A DNA stretch of 64,000 nucleotides from contig QCIO01000006.1 of the NCBI GenBank assembly GCA_003216635.1, forward strand, positions 17,767-81,766. Reading direction: 5' to 3'. This DNA comes from Prochlorococcus sp. AG-402-L23 (lineage in GTDB: Bacteria > Cyanobacteriota > Cyanobacteriia > PCC-6307 > Cyanobiaceae). The notes under the pieces are model-generated. The model saw only the letters and a list, made by a program, of their open reading frames with translations, did not search any database and was not told the DNA's origin. Shown here in pieces: positions 26,634 to 37,635 of the stretch. Numbering within the stretch: position 1 is the stretch's first letter; every line of letters starts with the position of its first letter. The position numbers and the translations under genes were made by a program.

Positions 26634-27356
26634 ATGACTTTTACAAAATACCAATTTAATAATTTTTGTTATTGGCCTTCAAATCCTAAAAAAATTGTGG
26701 AATTTATTGGTGGAAGTTATCTAGCTTCTAAACCAGATTTAACTTATAGAAGATTCATTGAGAGTTTAATTAATAAAAACTATGCAGTACATGCATATAA
26801 ATACACTCCACAATTCGATCACCAACAACTTGCTATTAAAGCATGGAGGGATTTCAAGAATTGCCGAATATCATTATCCAAGAGAATAGGTGCATTAATT
26901 CCTTCAATAAGAATTGGTCATAGCCTAGGCTGCAAACTTCATCTAATTTCCCCTGATGGTGGAAGAAATTGCGAAAAATTCATATCAATAAGTTTTAATA
27001 ACTTCAGTGCTAACAAATCTATTCCATTATTGAAACAAATTTCTCAAAAATTAGAATTCAACAGTGAATTCAGCCCAAGCCCTGAAAGAACTTTGCGATT
27101 AATTGAAAAAACATATAATCAAAAAAATAACTTCCTAATAAAATTCAACTCAGACGAATTAGATCAAACAGATAAATTATTTTCTTGTCTGAAAGCAAGA
27201 AAAGAAGATAATTCTAAGGGGATAATGTTAAAAGGTACTCACACTATAATTGCAAGTGCAGGACTAAGAGAAAATTTTTTAGGAGACTGGGCCGATGATG
27301 AATTCAAAAGAAATACTATAAAAAAAATTTCCAATTTAATTGATGAATCTGATTAG
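26634..27356 (+). CDS. DUF1350-like alpha/beta hydrolase
   Basis: VEFIGGSYL...P.LTY..F, nucleophile elbow [16 protein letters not shown] and FSPSP. Confidence 0.75.
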   Translation: MTFTKYQFNNFCYWPSNPKKIVEFIGGSYLASKPDLTYRRFIESLINKNYAVHAYKYTPQFDHQQLAIKAWRDFKNCRISLSKRIGALIPSIRIGHSLGCKLHLISPDGGRNCEKFISISFNNFSANKSIPLLKQISQKLEFNSEFSPSPERTLRLIEKTYNQKNNFLIKFNSDELDQTDKLFSCLKARKEDNSKGIMLKGTHTIIASAGLRENFLGDWADDEFKRNTIKKISNLIDESD

Positions 27357-29335
27357 GATAATTCTTTCAGCTTTTCCAAAACTGAACTATCTTCAAGAGT
27401 GCTTATATCACCGCTAATTTTTTCTCCAGCAGCCAAAGATCTTAAAATTCGCCTCATAATTTTTCCACTACGTGTTTTCGGAAGAGAGTCAGAAATTATA
27501 ATCTTTTCAGGTTTTGCAATAATTCCAATTTCATTAACAACATGTTTCTTTAGATCCTCTACTAATTCTGAAGAACCGTTCACGTCTTTCTCTAGAGATA
27601 CAAAAGCAACTATAACTTCACCTTTTAAATCATCTTTTTTGCCAACGACTGCAGACTCTGCAACTGATTTATGACTTACCAAAGCAGATTCTATTTCCAT
27701 TGTTCCTAACCGATGTCCTGAAACACTTATGACATCATCAACTCTTCCCATAATCCATATATATCCATCTTCGTCAATGCGTGCTCCATCTCCAGCAAAA
27801 TAAACATTTTTTTCTCCTTTAAAGGAAATATATTCCCAATAACTCTCCAAATATCTCTCTAAGTTTCCGTGAATTGTTCTCATCATTCCTGGCCAAGGTT
27901 TCTTAATAATTAAATAGCCACCCTCGTTCTCCTTAACCTTATCTCCATTCTTATCGACAATTTCAACTTCGATTCCTGGCAAAGGGAAAGTAGCTGAACC
28001 TGGCTTTGTAGCAACGACTCCAGGCAAGGGACTTATCATCACACCACCAGTCTCAGTTTGCCACCAAGTATCAACAATAGGGCATTTATCTTTACCAATA
28101 ACATCCTTGTACCACATCCATGCTTCAGGATTAATTGGTTCTCCAACTGTGCCCAAAAGTCTAAGACTCTCCAAATTATATTTATCAGGAATTTCTCGCC
28201 CAGACTTCATAAATGCTCTTATTGCAGTTGGTGCAGTATAAAAAATAGAAACCTTATATTTTTGAACAATTTCCCAAAAAGCCCCTAAATTTGAGGGTCT
28301 TGGCACTCCCTCATACATTAAGGTTGTAGCACCATTAGATAAAGGTCCATAAACTATGTAACTATGACCTGTAATCCAACCAACATCAGCAGTACACCAG
28401 TAAATATCATCATCTTTTAAATCAAAAATCCATTTAAATGTCAAATGGGACCAAAGATTGTAACCTCCTGTAGTGTGAACTACACCTTTGGGCTTTCCAG
28501 TAGAGCCTGAAGTATAAAGAATAAAAAGTCTATCTTCGCTATTCATTATTTCTGGTTCACAATGATCTTTTTGATCTTTTAATAATTTGTGCCACCAAAA
28601 ATCTCTATCATCAACCATCGAAATATTTTTTTGGGATCGTTGAACAACAACTACTTTTTCAACAACTTTATCTGCCCCACTTTCAATAGCCGCATCAACT
28701 GCTTTCTTAAGTTCAATCACCTTATCTTTTCTAAAGCCACCATCAGCAGTAATAACAAATCTGGCGTTTCCATCAATTAACCTATCTTTTAAAGCTTCTG
28801 AAGAAAATCCTCCGAAGACAACTGAATGAGGCGCTCCAATTCTTGCACAAGCCAACATCGCAAACATCGCTTCAGGAATCATCGGCATATAAATACATAC
28901 CAAATCTTCTTTTTTTACACCAATTGCTTTTAATGCATTAGCTGCTTTACATACCTCTTTTAGAAGTTCTTCGTAAGTATATTTTTTGCTATCTCCGGGT
29001 TCGCCTTCCCATATAAGAGCAGTCTTTCCTCCAAGCCCTCTCTTAATGTGTCTATCTAAGCAGTTATATGTAATATTGAGTTTCCCTTCTTTGAACCATT
29101 TAAAAAAGGGGGCATTTTCGTTATCTAATACAGTTTTAAATGGCTCAAACCAATCTAATTCAGATTTTGCAAAAGATTCCCAAAATTGAATAGGATTATC
29201 TGATGCTTGTTTTTTTAGACTTAGTAATTCTTCTTGAGTACTAATATTTGAGTTTTCTGCAAATTTTTTTGATGGAGGGAAAATTCTCTTTTCTTCAAGT
29301 ATGTTATTGATTGAATTTTTTTTATCTAATGACAT
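27353..29335 (-). CDS. acs: Acetyl-CoA synthetase
   Basis: [54 protein letters not shown] and [12 protein letters not shown]. Confidence 0.97.
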   Translation of the reverse strand: MSLDKKNSINNILEEKRIFPPSKKFAENSNISTQEELLSLKKQASDNPIQFWESFAKSELDWFEPFKTVLDNENAPFFKWFKEGKLNITYNCLDRHIKRGLGGKTALIWEGEPGDSKKYTYEELLKEVCKAANALKAIGVKKEDLVCIYMPMIPEAMFAMLACARIGAPHSVVFGGFSSEALKDRLIDGNARFVITADGGFRKDKVIELKKAVDAAIESGADKVVEKVVVVQRSQKNISMVDDRDFWWHKLLKDQKDHCEPEIMNSEDRLFILYTSGSTGKPKGVVHTTGGYNLWSHLTFKWIFDLKDDDIYWCTADVGWITGHSYIVYGPLSNGATTLMYEGVPRPSNLGAFWEIVQKYKVSIFYTAPTAIRAFMKSGREIPDKYNLESLRLLGTVGEPINPEAWMWYKDVIGKDKCPIVDTWWQTETGGVMISPLPGVVATKPGSATFPLPGIEVEIVDKNGDKVKENEGGYLIIKKPWPGMMRTIHGNLERYLESYWEYISFKGEKNVYFAGDGARIDEDGYIWIMGRVDDVISVSGHRLGTMEIESALVSHKSVAESAVVGKKDDLKGEVIVAFVSLEKDVNGSSELVEDLKKHVVNEIGIIAKPEKIIISDSLPKTRSGKIMRRILRSLAAGEKISGDISTLEDSSVLEKLKELS

Positions 29336-29356
29336 TAAATAAATCTATGCTTAATA

Positions 29357-29385
29357 AATTTAGTCGAAAAAGATAAGGTTTTCAA
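29357..29385 (-). promoter_or_regulatory. Putative sigma70 promoter for acs
   Basis: Minus strand TTGAAA, 17-nt spacer, TAAATT, ending 21 nt upstream of the ATG. Confidence 0.45.
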
Positions 29386-29429
29386 AAATTTTAATATTAA
29401 TTTAGCTCAAAGATTTATTTCTAATAGAT

Positions 29430-30401
29430 CTAATAAATACGGCTTAGAACAAATTCTGGAAGAGCCATTAAAGCTCTTTTATATTCTGAATCAGGAAGCC
29501 AGACTATAGCTTCTTTAGAAAGTATTGCAAAATCCTCAGCTAGTTTCCTGGAACTTTCAATAGCTTTAGAGTTCATGATGATATTAAGAGCATCATCTAA
29601 ATCATCTTTTTCAGCAAGTTCTCTGTTTATAAGAACTGACAATTGTTTATTTTCTTCTAAGGCATATAAAACTGGGGCGGTAAGATAACCACTAGCAAGA
29701 TCACTTACAGCAGGTTTTCCAAGTTGTTTATCATTTCCTGTAAAGTCAAGAATGTCATCTACAACTTGGAATGCTAAACCAATATTTTTGCCAAAATCGT
29801 ACAACGAGGTTAAGTTTTCGTCATTAATCCCACTCAAAACTCCAGCTGCTTTGCAACTATTGGCTATTAATGATGCTGTTTTACAATAACTTTTGTTGAT
29901 GTATTTGGAAAAAGATTGAGCCGAATCAAATCTATTTAAATTTTGTTTGATTTCACCTTCTGCTAAATCCATTATTACTCTACTAAGTAATTTAACTACA
30001 TTTACATTGTCAAGATTTGCTAGGTGCCAACTTGCTTGAGCGAATAAAAAGTCACCCGCCAAAACAGCTACTCTGGTATTAAATCTGCTATGAACTGTAT
30101 CTACTCCTCTTCTTGTAGACGCCTCATCAACAACATCATCATGAACTAATGAGGCTGTATGAATCATCTCAGTTATTTCAGCAAGCCTTTTATGTTTGGT
30201 TGTCAAACAAAATTCAGGAGATATAGCTTTTGAAATCAATAAAACTATACCAGGTCTCAACCTTTTACCCCCAGCACTAAAAAGGTGTTCTGCTGCGGCT
30301 TGAAGAATCGGGTGACCTGCTCCTATTAGATTTTTCAGTTCTAAAATAAGATCATCAAGATCATTTTCAACTGGTTGTAGTAGCTCTGTTACTGTATTCA
30401 T
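29430..30401 (-). CDS. sds: Solanesyl diphosphate synthase
   Basis: GGKRLRP, FARM LVHDDVVD, AVLAGDFL, KTASL and SARM FQVVDDILD. Confidence 0.93.
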   Translation of the reverse strand: MNTVTELLQPVENDLDDLILELKNLIGAGHPILQAAAEHLFSAGGKRLRPGIVLLISKAISPEFCLTTKHKRLAEITEMIHTASLVHDDVVDEASTRRGVDTVHSRFNTRVAVLAGDFLFAQASWHLANLDNVNVVKLLSRVIMDLAEGEIKQNLNRFDSAQSFSKYINKSYCKTASLIANSCKAAGVLSGINDENLTSLYDFGKNIGLAFQVVDDILDFTGNDKQLGKPAVSDLASGYLTAPVLYALEENKQLSVLINRELAEKDDLDDALNIIMNSKAIESSRKLAEDFAILSKEAIVWLPDSEYKRALMALPEFVLSRIY

Positions 30402-30428
30402 GATTGACCTCTTTTATATCTTAAGGAA

Positions 30429-31223
30429 TCAAACATGCCTTCGGAGGTTAACCAACCTAATTTCTTTATTAATTCCAAGCCAAAATTTTACTTTATTGGA
30501 AAACTCATCTCTTTCTGAAGTAACAAAAAATTTTACATTTTCGAAAGAAATACTCTCATAGCGGTCAGTTTTTGGAATAGCAAAAGATTCATTAAGTTTT
30601 TTTATTAATGCTACCGATGGATCAATAATTTTTATATTTGAATCTAATTTTTTTCTTAAAAAGTCATAAATTAAAGGATAATGACTACATCCAAGTATTA
30701 ATTCTTCAATATTTTTGTTTATTAGTGGTCTTAAGTATAAGTCTGAAAGACTATTTAACTTATCAAGATTTAATTTTTCTTTTTCAATTTCTGATACAAA
30801 TTCTGGACATTCTTGCTGAAATATTATCGTATTCTCTTTTTTAGCATTTATAGCTTTCTTGTAATACGATGATCGAACAGTTGTTTGTGTTGCTAGGACA
30901 CCAATTATTTTTTTATCAACTATTTCCGATACTGAGTTTATAAGGTCAAAACAAGGGACCTTTAAATTATCTTCTAGGATATCAAGTGCACACGCATTTG
31001 TAGTGTTACAAGCAACTAAAAGTGCGTCCAAATTCTTATCAACAAAAAAAGTATAAATCTCCTTTGCAATTAATCTTATCTCTTTAGAATTTTTGTTCCC
31101 AAAAGGTATTCTTTTTGTATCCGCCAAATAAAAAACTTCTACATCTTTACGAGTTTTTAGTAAAGAATTAAGGATAGTAAAACCACCTATACCACTGTCA
31201 AATATACCTATTTTAAGTTTCAC
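30429..31223 (-). CDS. murI: Glutamate racemase
   Basis: IGIFDSGIGG, ADTKRIPFG, VACNT and LGCSHYP. Confidence 0.95.
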   Translation of the reverse strand: MKLKIGIFDSGIGGFTILNSLLKTRKDVEVFYLADTKRIPFGNKNSKEIRLIAKEIYTFFVDKNLDALLVACNTTNACALDILEDNLKVPCFDLINSVSEIVDKKIIGVLATQTTVRSSYYKKAINAKKENTIIFQQECPEFVSEIEKEKLNLDKLNSLSDLYLRPLINKNIEELILGCSHYPLIYDFLRKKLDSNIKIIDPSVALIKKLNESFAIPKTDRYESISFENVKFFVTSERDEFSNKVKFWLGINKEIRLVNLRRHV

Positions 31224-32305
31224 CCTGCTTTATTTAGATATTCAAGGATACCTTTTGCAATTGCATAAGCTAATCTTTTACGATGCGTAGTTTTTTCTAA
31301 TCTTCTTGAATCTAATCTCCCCGTTAAGAATCCAACTTCTACAAGAACTGCAGGCATCTTAGTATTTTTAATTACATAAAATCTACCTTGTTTAACTCCT
31401 CGATCAGGACTTCCAGGAGAAACTCTTAGGATTTCTTTTTGAATTTTTTTGGCGAGTAACCTACCTCTCCAACCTCTATAGTAAAAGGTTTCCAATCCAT
31501 TAATATCCCTTCTTTTCCCTCTTGAGGCATTTGCATGAATACTTACAAAGATATCTGCACCAGTATTGTTAGCAAAAGAAACTCTTTGAGGTAAATCCAA
31601 ATCAACTTCATTTTTTCTGGATAACCTCACTTTGACGCTTTTCTCAGACAGTAATTTTTTAACTATTTTAGAAACCTCTAGTACAACATCTGTTTCCCTA
31701 ATACCACCAATACCTATTGCTCCTGGATCAGGACCTCCGTGCCCTGGATCGATAACAACCGAAAATTTGTCCTGTTTTACGGCTGGTAATTTCAAGAAAC
31801 GATAATCACTTTTCTTCTTATGAATTGAGTTTTGTTTTTCTTTGATATTTCTTTTTCTTTTAACAACTAGGCCTTCATTAATCTTCTTAAAAGTATATTT
31901 TGAGTCAAAAAGTTTAATTCTCCACATGTTTTGATCTAAGCCAACCAATCGCCAAGTCAAAGGTTTTAAATAAATTTCCTCCTTAAATTCAATTACTAGT
32001 CTTGTTTTACCCTTATTTGGTTTACCTAATCTAATTTCTTTTATTGGGCCATTACCTTTAATTGTTCTGGGATTTTTTAATTCTCCTGGGAAATCTACCC
32101 AGAATCTATCCCCAGATTTTAGGTTAGCCTTCTGAAAGTATGCTTTTAAATTTGTATTTGCTTTAGTTCTTAATTCTAAAACCCCATTAGCTTTTATCTC
32201 CCATGCTGCCAGAGCACTTGAAGATTTAACTGGGAGGATTGAAGAATTTAAAAGTAAAAAAACTGATAAATAACGAAAAAGTTTATTATCTAAAAACTTT
32301 ATCAT
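31220..32305 (-). CDS. amiC: N-acetylmuramoyl-L-alanine amidase (AMIN + Amidase_3)
   Basis: Signal-like N-terminus, VIDPGHGGPDPGA, FVSIHANA and MPAVLVEVGFL. Confidence 0.9.
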   Translation of the reverse strand: MIKFLDNKLFRYLSVFLLLNSSILPVKSSSALAAWEIKANGVLELRTKANTNLKAYFQKANLKSGDRFWVDFPGELKNPRTIKGNGPIKEIRLGKPNKGKTRLVIEFKEEIYLKPLTWRLVGLDQNMWRIKLFDSKYTFKKINEGLVVKRKRNIKEKQNSIHKKKSDYRFLKLPAVKQDKFSVVIDPGHGGPDPGAIGIGGIRETDVVLEVSKIVKKLLSEKSVKVRLSRKNEVDLDLPQRVSFANNTGADIFVSIHANASRGKRRDINGLETFYYRGWRGRLLAKKIQKEILRVSPGSPDRGVKQGRFYVIKNTKMPAVLVEVGFLTGRLDSRRLEKTTHRKRLAYAIAKGILEYLNKAG

Positions 32306-33132
32306 TAGTGTGAAAACAATTTATTTTTTCTATGTTTAAGGCTTGGCATCTGCTCTCTAATTTTCTTTACTCTTTCTTTATCAGCAGGTGCTATTGCAGC
32401 TCCCTGAGTTTTTCCGGCATCAGATAAAACTGTACCCCATGGGTCAATTACCATTGCATGGCCATGACTTTGCCTTCTCCCATAATGAATACCAGTTTGA
32501 GCTGGAGCAACTACATATGCTGTATTCTCAATTGCTCTTGCTTGTAATAGGATTTGCCAATGATCTTTTCCAGTAAATGCTGTAAAAGCTGCGGGAATCA
32601 TAATCAGCTCTGCACCATTAGAAGACAAGTATCTATAAAGTTCAGGGAACCTAACGTCGTAACAAATCGATAATCCTATTTTGCATAAACCTGGGACATC
32701 TACAACAGGTGGATACTCTGCCCCAGATAAAATAGTGGATGATTCCTTATATAAATTTCCATCTGGCAAATCAACATCAAATAAGTGAATCTTGTCGTAT
32801 TTCGCCAAAATCTGTCCATCTTTTCCAAATAAGGCTGACCTGTTAAAAGTATGACTATCATCACCAGCAGGAACAGGATACCCTCCTCCCAAAAGAAATA
32901 CTTGATATCTTTGTGACATAGTTTTTAGAAAGTTTGCACACTTCTCTGACAATTCAGAAGCTAATTTAAGTTTTTCATCATCTCCACCTAAAAAAGCAAA
33001 ATTCTCAGGCAATCCTATTAACTCAGCACCTCTTCTAGCAGCTAATTCAATCTGTTCTTCTGCTTCAATAAAATTTGCTTCAACATTTGAAGTACTCGTA
33101 ATTTGCAATGCAGCTACCAAAAAATCAGTCAA
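32305..33132 (-). CDS. Carbon-nitrogen hydrolase, Nit1-like (probable deaminated-glutathione amidase)
   Basis: E-K-C triad in LPENF, YDKIHLFDV and ICYDVRFPE, plus PAAFT and LQARAIEN. Confidence 0.85.
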   Translation of the reverse strand: MTDFLVAALQITSTSNVEANFIEAEEQIELAARRGAELIGLPENFAFLGGDDEKLKLASELSEKCANFLKTMSQRYQVFLLGGGYPVPAGDDSHTFNRSALFGKDGQILAKYDKIHLFDVDLPDGNLYKESSTILSGAEYPPVVDVPGLCKIGLSICYDVRFPELYRYLSSNGAELIMIPAAFTAFTGKDHWQILLQARAIENTAYVVAPAQTGIHYGRRQSHGHAMVIDPWGTVLSDAGKTQGAAIAPADKERVKKIREQMPSLKHRKNKLFSH

Positions 33133-33162
33133 GACTTTACTCCTAGTTAAACAATTCGAAAA

Positions 33163-33891
33163 TTATGAGGCACGAATCACACCTCTTTCAACTTGAGCTG
33201 GAACAATATTTAAGCAATCAAGTTCAGAGCAACATTTAAAATCATCCTCATAATCTCCAAGACTTGTCAATCTTTTGCCATGGGTTGCTGTTTTTAAACA
33301 TTTCAAAATATCATTTTTCCAAAAATCCCAAAGTACCAAAGCAGCCTGTAATTCGTCATTCATAATATTAATTTCAAAATCACAGTTCTGTTCCAAGTAT
33401 GCGGCCAAAGCACCCGCAGCTAAAGAATCCTCAAGTGAATATGAGCCTTCCCAACCACTACCAAGTATTAAAACATTTTCTCTTTTTAATGAAATGATTT
33501 TTTCGGCAACTGCTTTTCTATTTGGGAGTCCCATAGCAAATAAATGATTTGCATCTTGAACTTTTTGCAATGATTTAGTCCCATTAGTCGTACTCATAAA
33601 AAGTCTTTTACCACTAACAACTCTTTTTGTAACTGATAATGGAGAATTCCCTAAATCAAAGCCCTCAATCTTCTTCCCGCCTCTCTCTCCAAGCATTAGT
33701 CTTTTATCAGCTTTCCACTTAATTGCAGATTCTTTTAACAAATCTAAATCCGCAAAAACCTGTATTGAGTCAGCTCCATTAGTTAAAGCCCAAGAGATTG
33801 TGGTTGTAGCTCTTAATACATCAATGACAACTGCAATATCTGGACTTATTTCTGGAACATCCTTTGCAACGTGATAATAAGTAAGATTAAT
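33163..33891 (-). CDS. comB: 2-phosphosulfolactate phosphatase family protein
   Basis: The frame extends 150 nt upstream of the ORF-track start and includes VVIDVLRATTT; also GERGG, GNSP, MSTTNGT and SLEDSLAAG. The start inferred here is ATT at 33891. Confidence 0.85.
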   Translation of the reverse strand: MNLTYYHVAKDVPEISPDIAVVIDVLRATTTISWALTNGADSIQVFADLDLLKESAIKWKADKRLMLGERGGKKIEGFDLGNSPLSVTKRVVSGKRLFMSTTNGTKSLQKVQDANHLFAMGLPNRKAVAEKIISLKRENVLILGSGWEGSYSLEDSLAAGALAAYLEQNCDFEINIMNDELQAALVLWDFWKNDILKCLKTATHGKRLTSLGDYEDDFKCCSELDCLNIVPAQVERGVIRAS

Positions 33892-34016
33892 GATGAGATC
33901 CTTTTCTGCACTTATTATAGAAAACAGTTACTTAATTTGATTATTTTTTTTTAAAAACTAACTTATTGATATTATAGAACTAATTTATTTTTATAGAAAC
34001 TTTATCAAGTATTAAT

Positions 34017-35333
34017 TTGAAAATGAATAATATCCGCACAATAAAAGGTGGAGTTAATTTAAAAGGAAAAACAAAAGTACCTGGAGATAAATCTATCTCT
34101 CATAGAGCTTTGATAATTGGAAGTATTGCTAAGGGTGACACTACTATTGAGGGGTTTTTACATTCTGAAGATCCACTTTCAACTGCTGATTGTCTTAGAA
34201 AATTAGGTGTAAATATACCAGAAATAAAAAAAGATGAGCCTTTTACGATTTCAGGATTGGGTCTTGATGGATTCAAAGAGCCTAAAGAAATTCTAAATTG
34301 TGGAAATTCGGGCACCACCATGAGATTATTAATGGGGTTACTTGCCGGTCAAGAAGGTAAAAATTTTATCTTAACAGGTGACATTTCTCTTAATGAGAGA
34401 CCAATGGGGAGAGTGAGCAAACCATTATCATTAATGGGTGGCAAAATATTTGGTAGAGAAAAAGGAAACAAAGCTCCAATCTCAATTGATGGGAATAAAT
34501 TAAAAGGATGTGTTATTGGAACCCCTGTAGCAAGTGCTCAAGTAAAATCTGCAATATTATTGGCAGGCCTCAAAGCTTCTGGAACCACTTCTGTTATTGA
34601 ACCAGCATCTTCAAGAGATCATACCGAAAGAATGTTAAAAGCATTTGGAGCAGACATCAGTATCAGAGGAGAATTAGGAAGGAATGTAGTTATAAAGTCA
34701 GGGGGTAATTTAATTGGCCAGAGAATATTGATCCCTGGAGACATAAGCTCTGCTTCTTTTTGGATGATTGCTGCATCTATTGTTCCAAATTCGGAGGTTT
34801 TAATTCAGAATGTCGGATTAAATCCCACTAGAACAGGGATATTAAATGTAATGGATTCAATGGGGTGCAATTATGAGATTTTAGATAAATCTACTATTGC
34901 AGGTGAACCTATTGGATCTATTAAAGTAAAGACTGCAAATAATTTAAGACCATTCACTATTGAAGGAGATATTCTCCCAAAACTTATAGATGAAATTCCT
35001 ATCCTTACTGTAGCTGCCTGTTTTTGTGATGGAGTTTCTGAAATTAAGGATGCACAAGAATTAAGAGTTAAGGAGACAGATCGATTAAAAGTAATGGCAA
35101 GACAGTTACAAAAATTCGGTGCTGAAATAACAGAAAAAGTGGATGGGTTAATTATTAATGGGCAATCAAAATTTCATTCTGCAAATGTAGACAGTGAGAC
35201 GGATCATCGAGTAGCAATGAGTCTTGCTATTGCTTCACTCCTCGCCAAAGGTACATCAAAAATAATGAGAGCAGATGCAGCTAGAGTCTCGTATCCCACT
35301 TTTTGGGAAGAGCTTGCCAAACTAACTAACTAA
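34017..35333 (+). CDS. aroA: 3-phosphoshikimate 1-carboxyvinyltransferase
   Basis: [51 protein letters not shown] and DHRVAM. Confidence 0.98.
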   Translation: MKMNNIRTIKGGVNLKGKTKVPGDKSISHRALIIGSIAKGDTTIEGFLHSEDPLSTADCLRKLGVNIPEIKKDEPFTISGLGLDGFKEPKEILNCGNSGTTMRLLMGLLAGQEGKNFILTGDISLNERPMGRVSKPLSLMGGKIFGREKGNKAPISIDGNKLKGCVIGTPVASAQVKSAILLAGLKASGTTSVIEPASSRDHTERMLKAFGADISIRGELGRNVVIKSGGNLIGQRILIPGDISSASFWMIAASIVPNSEVLIQNVGLNPTRTGILNVMDSMGCNYEILDKSTIAGEPIGSIKVKTANNLRPFTIEGDILPKLIDEIPILTVAACFCDGVSEIKDAQELRVKETDRLKVMARQLQKFGAEITEKVDGLIINGQSKFHSANVDSETDHRVAMSLAIASLLAKGTSKIMRADAARVSYPTFWEELAKLTN

Positions 35334-35340
35334 CTAACTA
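35320..35340 (+). repeat. Tetranucleotide microsatellite (AACT)5 spanning the aroA stop codon
   Basis: aactaactaactaactaacta read directly from the sequence. Confidence 0.9.
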
Positions 35341-35353
35341 GCTTAAAAAGTTT

Positions 35354-36259
35354 TTGTCTGAATTAATAGAAGTTTTAACTAAAGATGGTAGTTACTCTTT
35401 AAGAAGTGTGTTTTTTCAAGAGAACTTCCATAGTTTATCGGGCGCATTAGAGGAAACAAAAAGAAAGTTTACAGCTCCTTCTGATTTGCAAAGATTTCAA
35501 GGTAAGTCTCTCAATGTATTGGATATATGTTTTGGTTTAGGATATAACACTGCTTCTTTATTAAACGAATTAATTAAACAAAAATCGCTTCTAAATTGGT
35601 ATGCATTGGAAATAGATAAAAAGCCTCTTGAATATGCACTCAGAAATAAATCTTTTCAAAAATCTTGGAATCCACAAGTAAAAAAAATATTTAAATCATT
35701 GTACAAAAACGATTGCTTTGAGGATCAATTTTTTAAATGTCGAATTTTTTGGGGTGATGCTAGAGAAAAAATTAATATTATTCCTGCAGCTAATAAATTC
35801 GACCTGATTTATTTAGATGGGTTTTCGCCCCAAAAATGCCCGCAAGTTTGGACTATTGAATTTTTATCTAAAGTGACTCAAAAGCTCAATCCTCAAGGTT
35901 ATTTAATAACTTATTCTTCTTCAGCGGCGGTAAGAAATACATTAAGAAATCTTGGTTTAAAGATATTTACTATTAAACCAAGCGATAATGGCAGTACTTT
36001 TTGGAGTCAAGGAACTGTCGCGATAGCAAAATTTGATAAAAATAAATTTATACCAAATTTAAGTTTTGAAAAGTTATCTCTCATGGAAGAGGAACATCTC
36101 TTAACTAAGGCGGGCATCCCTTATAGAGATCAAAATTTAAACTCAAGTAAAGACGATATTATTAAGCGAAGATTAGAGGAACAATTATTATCAAATTTAA
36201 TACCTACAAAAAAGTGGAGAGAAAAGTGGGGAATGACGAAGTTGGCCTTCAAGAGTTAG
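35354..36259 (+). CDS. Stand-alone MnmC N-terminal/MnmD-type SAM-dependent methyltransferase (tRNA mnm5s2U34)
   Basis: [51 protein letters not shown] and TYSSSAAVR. Confidence 0.78.
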   Translation: MSELIEVLTKDGSYSLRSVFFQENFHSLSGALEETKRKFTAPSDLQRFQGKSLNVLDICFGLGYNTASLLNELIKQKSLLNWYALEIDKKPLEYALRNKSFQKSWNPQVKKIFKSLYKNDCFEDQFFKCRIFWGDAREKINIIPAANKFDLIYLDGFSPQKCPQVWTIEFLSKVTQKLNPQGYLITYSSSAAVRNTLRNLGLKIFTIKPSDNGSTFWSQGTVAIAKFDKNKFIPNLSFEKLSLMEEEHLLTKAGIPYRDQNLNSSKDDIIKRRLEEQLLSNLIPTKKWREKWGMTKLAFKS

Positions 36260-36284
36260 ATTTATAGATAAATTCAAAAAAAAT

Positions 36285-37634
36285 ATGTTAAGTGTTGCGA
36301 TATTAGCTGCAGGAAAGGGCACTAGGATGGAAAGCTCAATACCAAAAGTTTTACATAAAATTTCTGGGAAAAGTCTTTTACAGAGAGTAATTGATACCTG
36401 CTTTGAATTAAATCCTGATCAAATTTTCGTAATTACAGGACACAAATCAAAAGAAGTACAAGAGTCAATACCAGAAAATAAAAAAATCCAATTTGTCATT
36501 CAAGAACCTCAATCGGGGACTGGTCATGCTATCCAAGTACTTTGTAAAGAAGTAAAAAAAAATGAAGGAAACCTTTTGGTACTAAATGGGGATGTGCCTC
36601 TTATAAAGACTGAAACTTTAAAAAAGCTATTAATTTTTCATAATTCAAAAAATGCAGATGTTTCTGTAATAACAACAAAGAAAAAAGGCCCTCATGGTTA
36701 TGGCAGAGTTTTTTTGAAGGGGGATTTTATAGAGAGAATTGTTGAAGAAAAAGATTGCGATGATGAAGAGCGACTTAATTTGTTAATAAATGCAGGTATT
36801 TACTGTTTTAATTGGGAAAATTTATCAAAAATAATAAGCACTTTACGATGCAATAATAAACAGAGAGAAATTTACTTAACTGATACGGTATCTTTGCTAA
36901 AAAATTCCTTAAGCCTAGAGATAGAGGATAATGGCGAACTTCAAGGAATTAACAATAGAATACAACTATCAAAATGCGAAGAAATAATTCAGAATTCAAT
37001 TAAAGAAAAGCATATGCTTAATGGAGTAACATTTGTAAATAAAGCAAGTTGTTCAATTAGTGATGAAACGGAGATTGGCAAAGATGTAATCATAGAGGCA
37101 AATACTCATATTAGAGGAAGTACCAAAATATCTAATGATTGCGTTATTGGGCCAAATACTTATATTGAAAATTCTCATGTGGGCTCATATTGTGAAATCT
37201 CAAATTCCACTGTTTATGATTCACAGATAATGGATCATATAAAAATCGGCCCCTACAGTCATATAAGACCTAAATCAAAAATATATTCTTACAGTAAGGT
37301 AGGTAATTTTGTTGAAATAAAAAATAGTCACCTAGAGGAAGAATCTAAAGTGAACCATCTAAGTTATATTGGCGATTCTATTATTGGAAGAGCTACAAAT
37401 ATTGGAGCGGGTACTATTACTGCAAATTTTGATGGCCAGAAAAAAAATCAAACTAAAATTGGGAAAAATTCAAGTATTGGAGCAAATACTGTTTTTGTAG
37501 CGCCTATTAATCTCGGGGAATCAGTAACAACAGGAGCTGGTTCAGTAATCACCAAAGACTCCAAAGATAATTCATTAGCAATATCGAGAACTAAGCAAGT
37601 AAATATAGAAAATTGGGAAAGAAAGAAATCTTGA
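36285..37634 (+). CDS. glmU: Bifunctional UDP-GlcNAc pyrophosphorylase / glucosamine-1-P acetyltransferase
   Basis: [23 protein letters not shown], hexapeptide repeats and HLSYIGD. Confidence 0.97.
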   Translation: MLSVAILAAGKGTRMESSIPKVLHKISGKSLLQRVIDTCFELNPDQIFVITGHKSKEVQESIPENKKIQFVIQEPQSGTGHAIQVLCKEVKKNEGNLLVLNGDVPLIKTETLKKLLIFHNSKNADVSVITTKKKGPHGYGRVFLKGDFIERIVEEKDCDDEERLNLLINAGIYCFNWENLSKIISTLRCNNKQREIYLTDTVSLLKNSLSLEIEDNGELQGINNRIQLSKCEEIIQNSIKEKHMLNGVTFVNKASCSISDETEIGKDVIIEANTHIRGSTKISNDCVIGPNTYIENSHVGSYCEISNSTVYDSQIMDHIKIGPYSHIRPKSKIYSYSKVGNFVEIKNSHLEEESKVNHLSYIGDSIIGRATNIGAGTITANFDGQKKNQTKIGKNSSIGANTVFVAPINLGESVTTGAGSVITKDSKDNSLAISRTKQVNIENWERKKS

Positions 37635-37635
37635 T

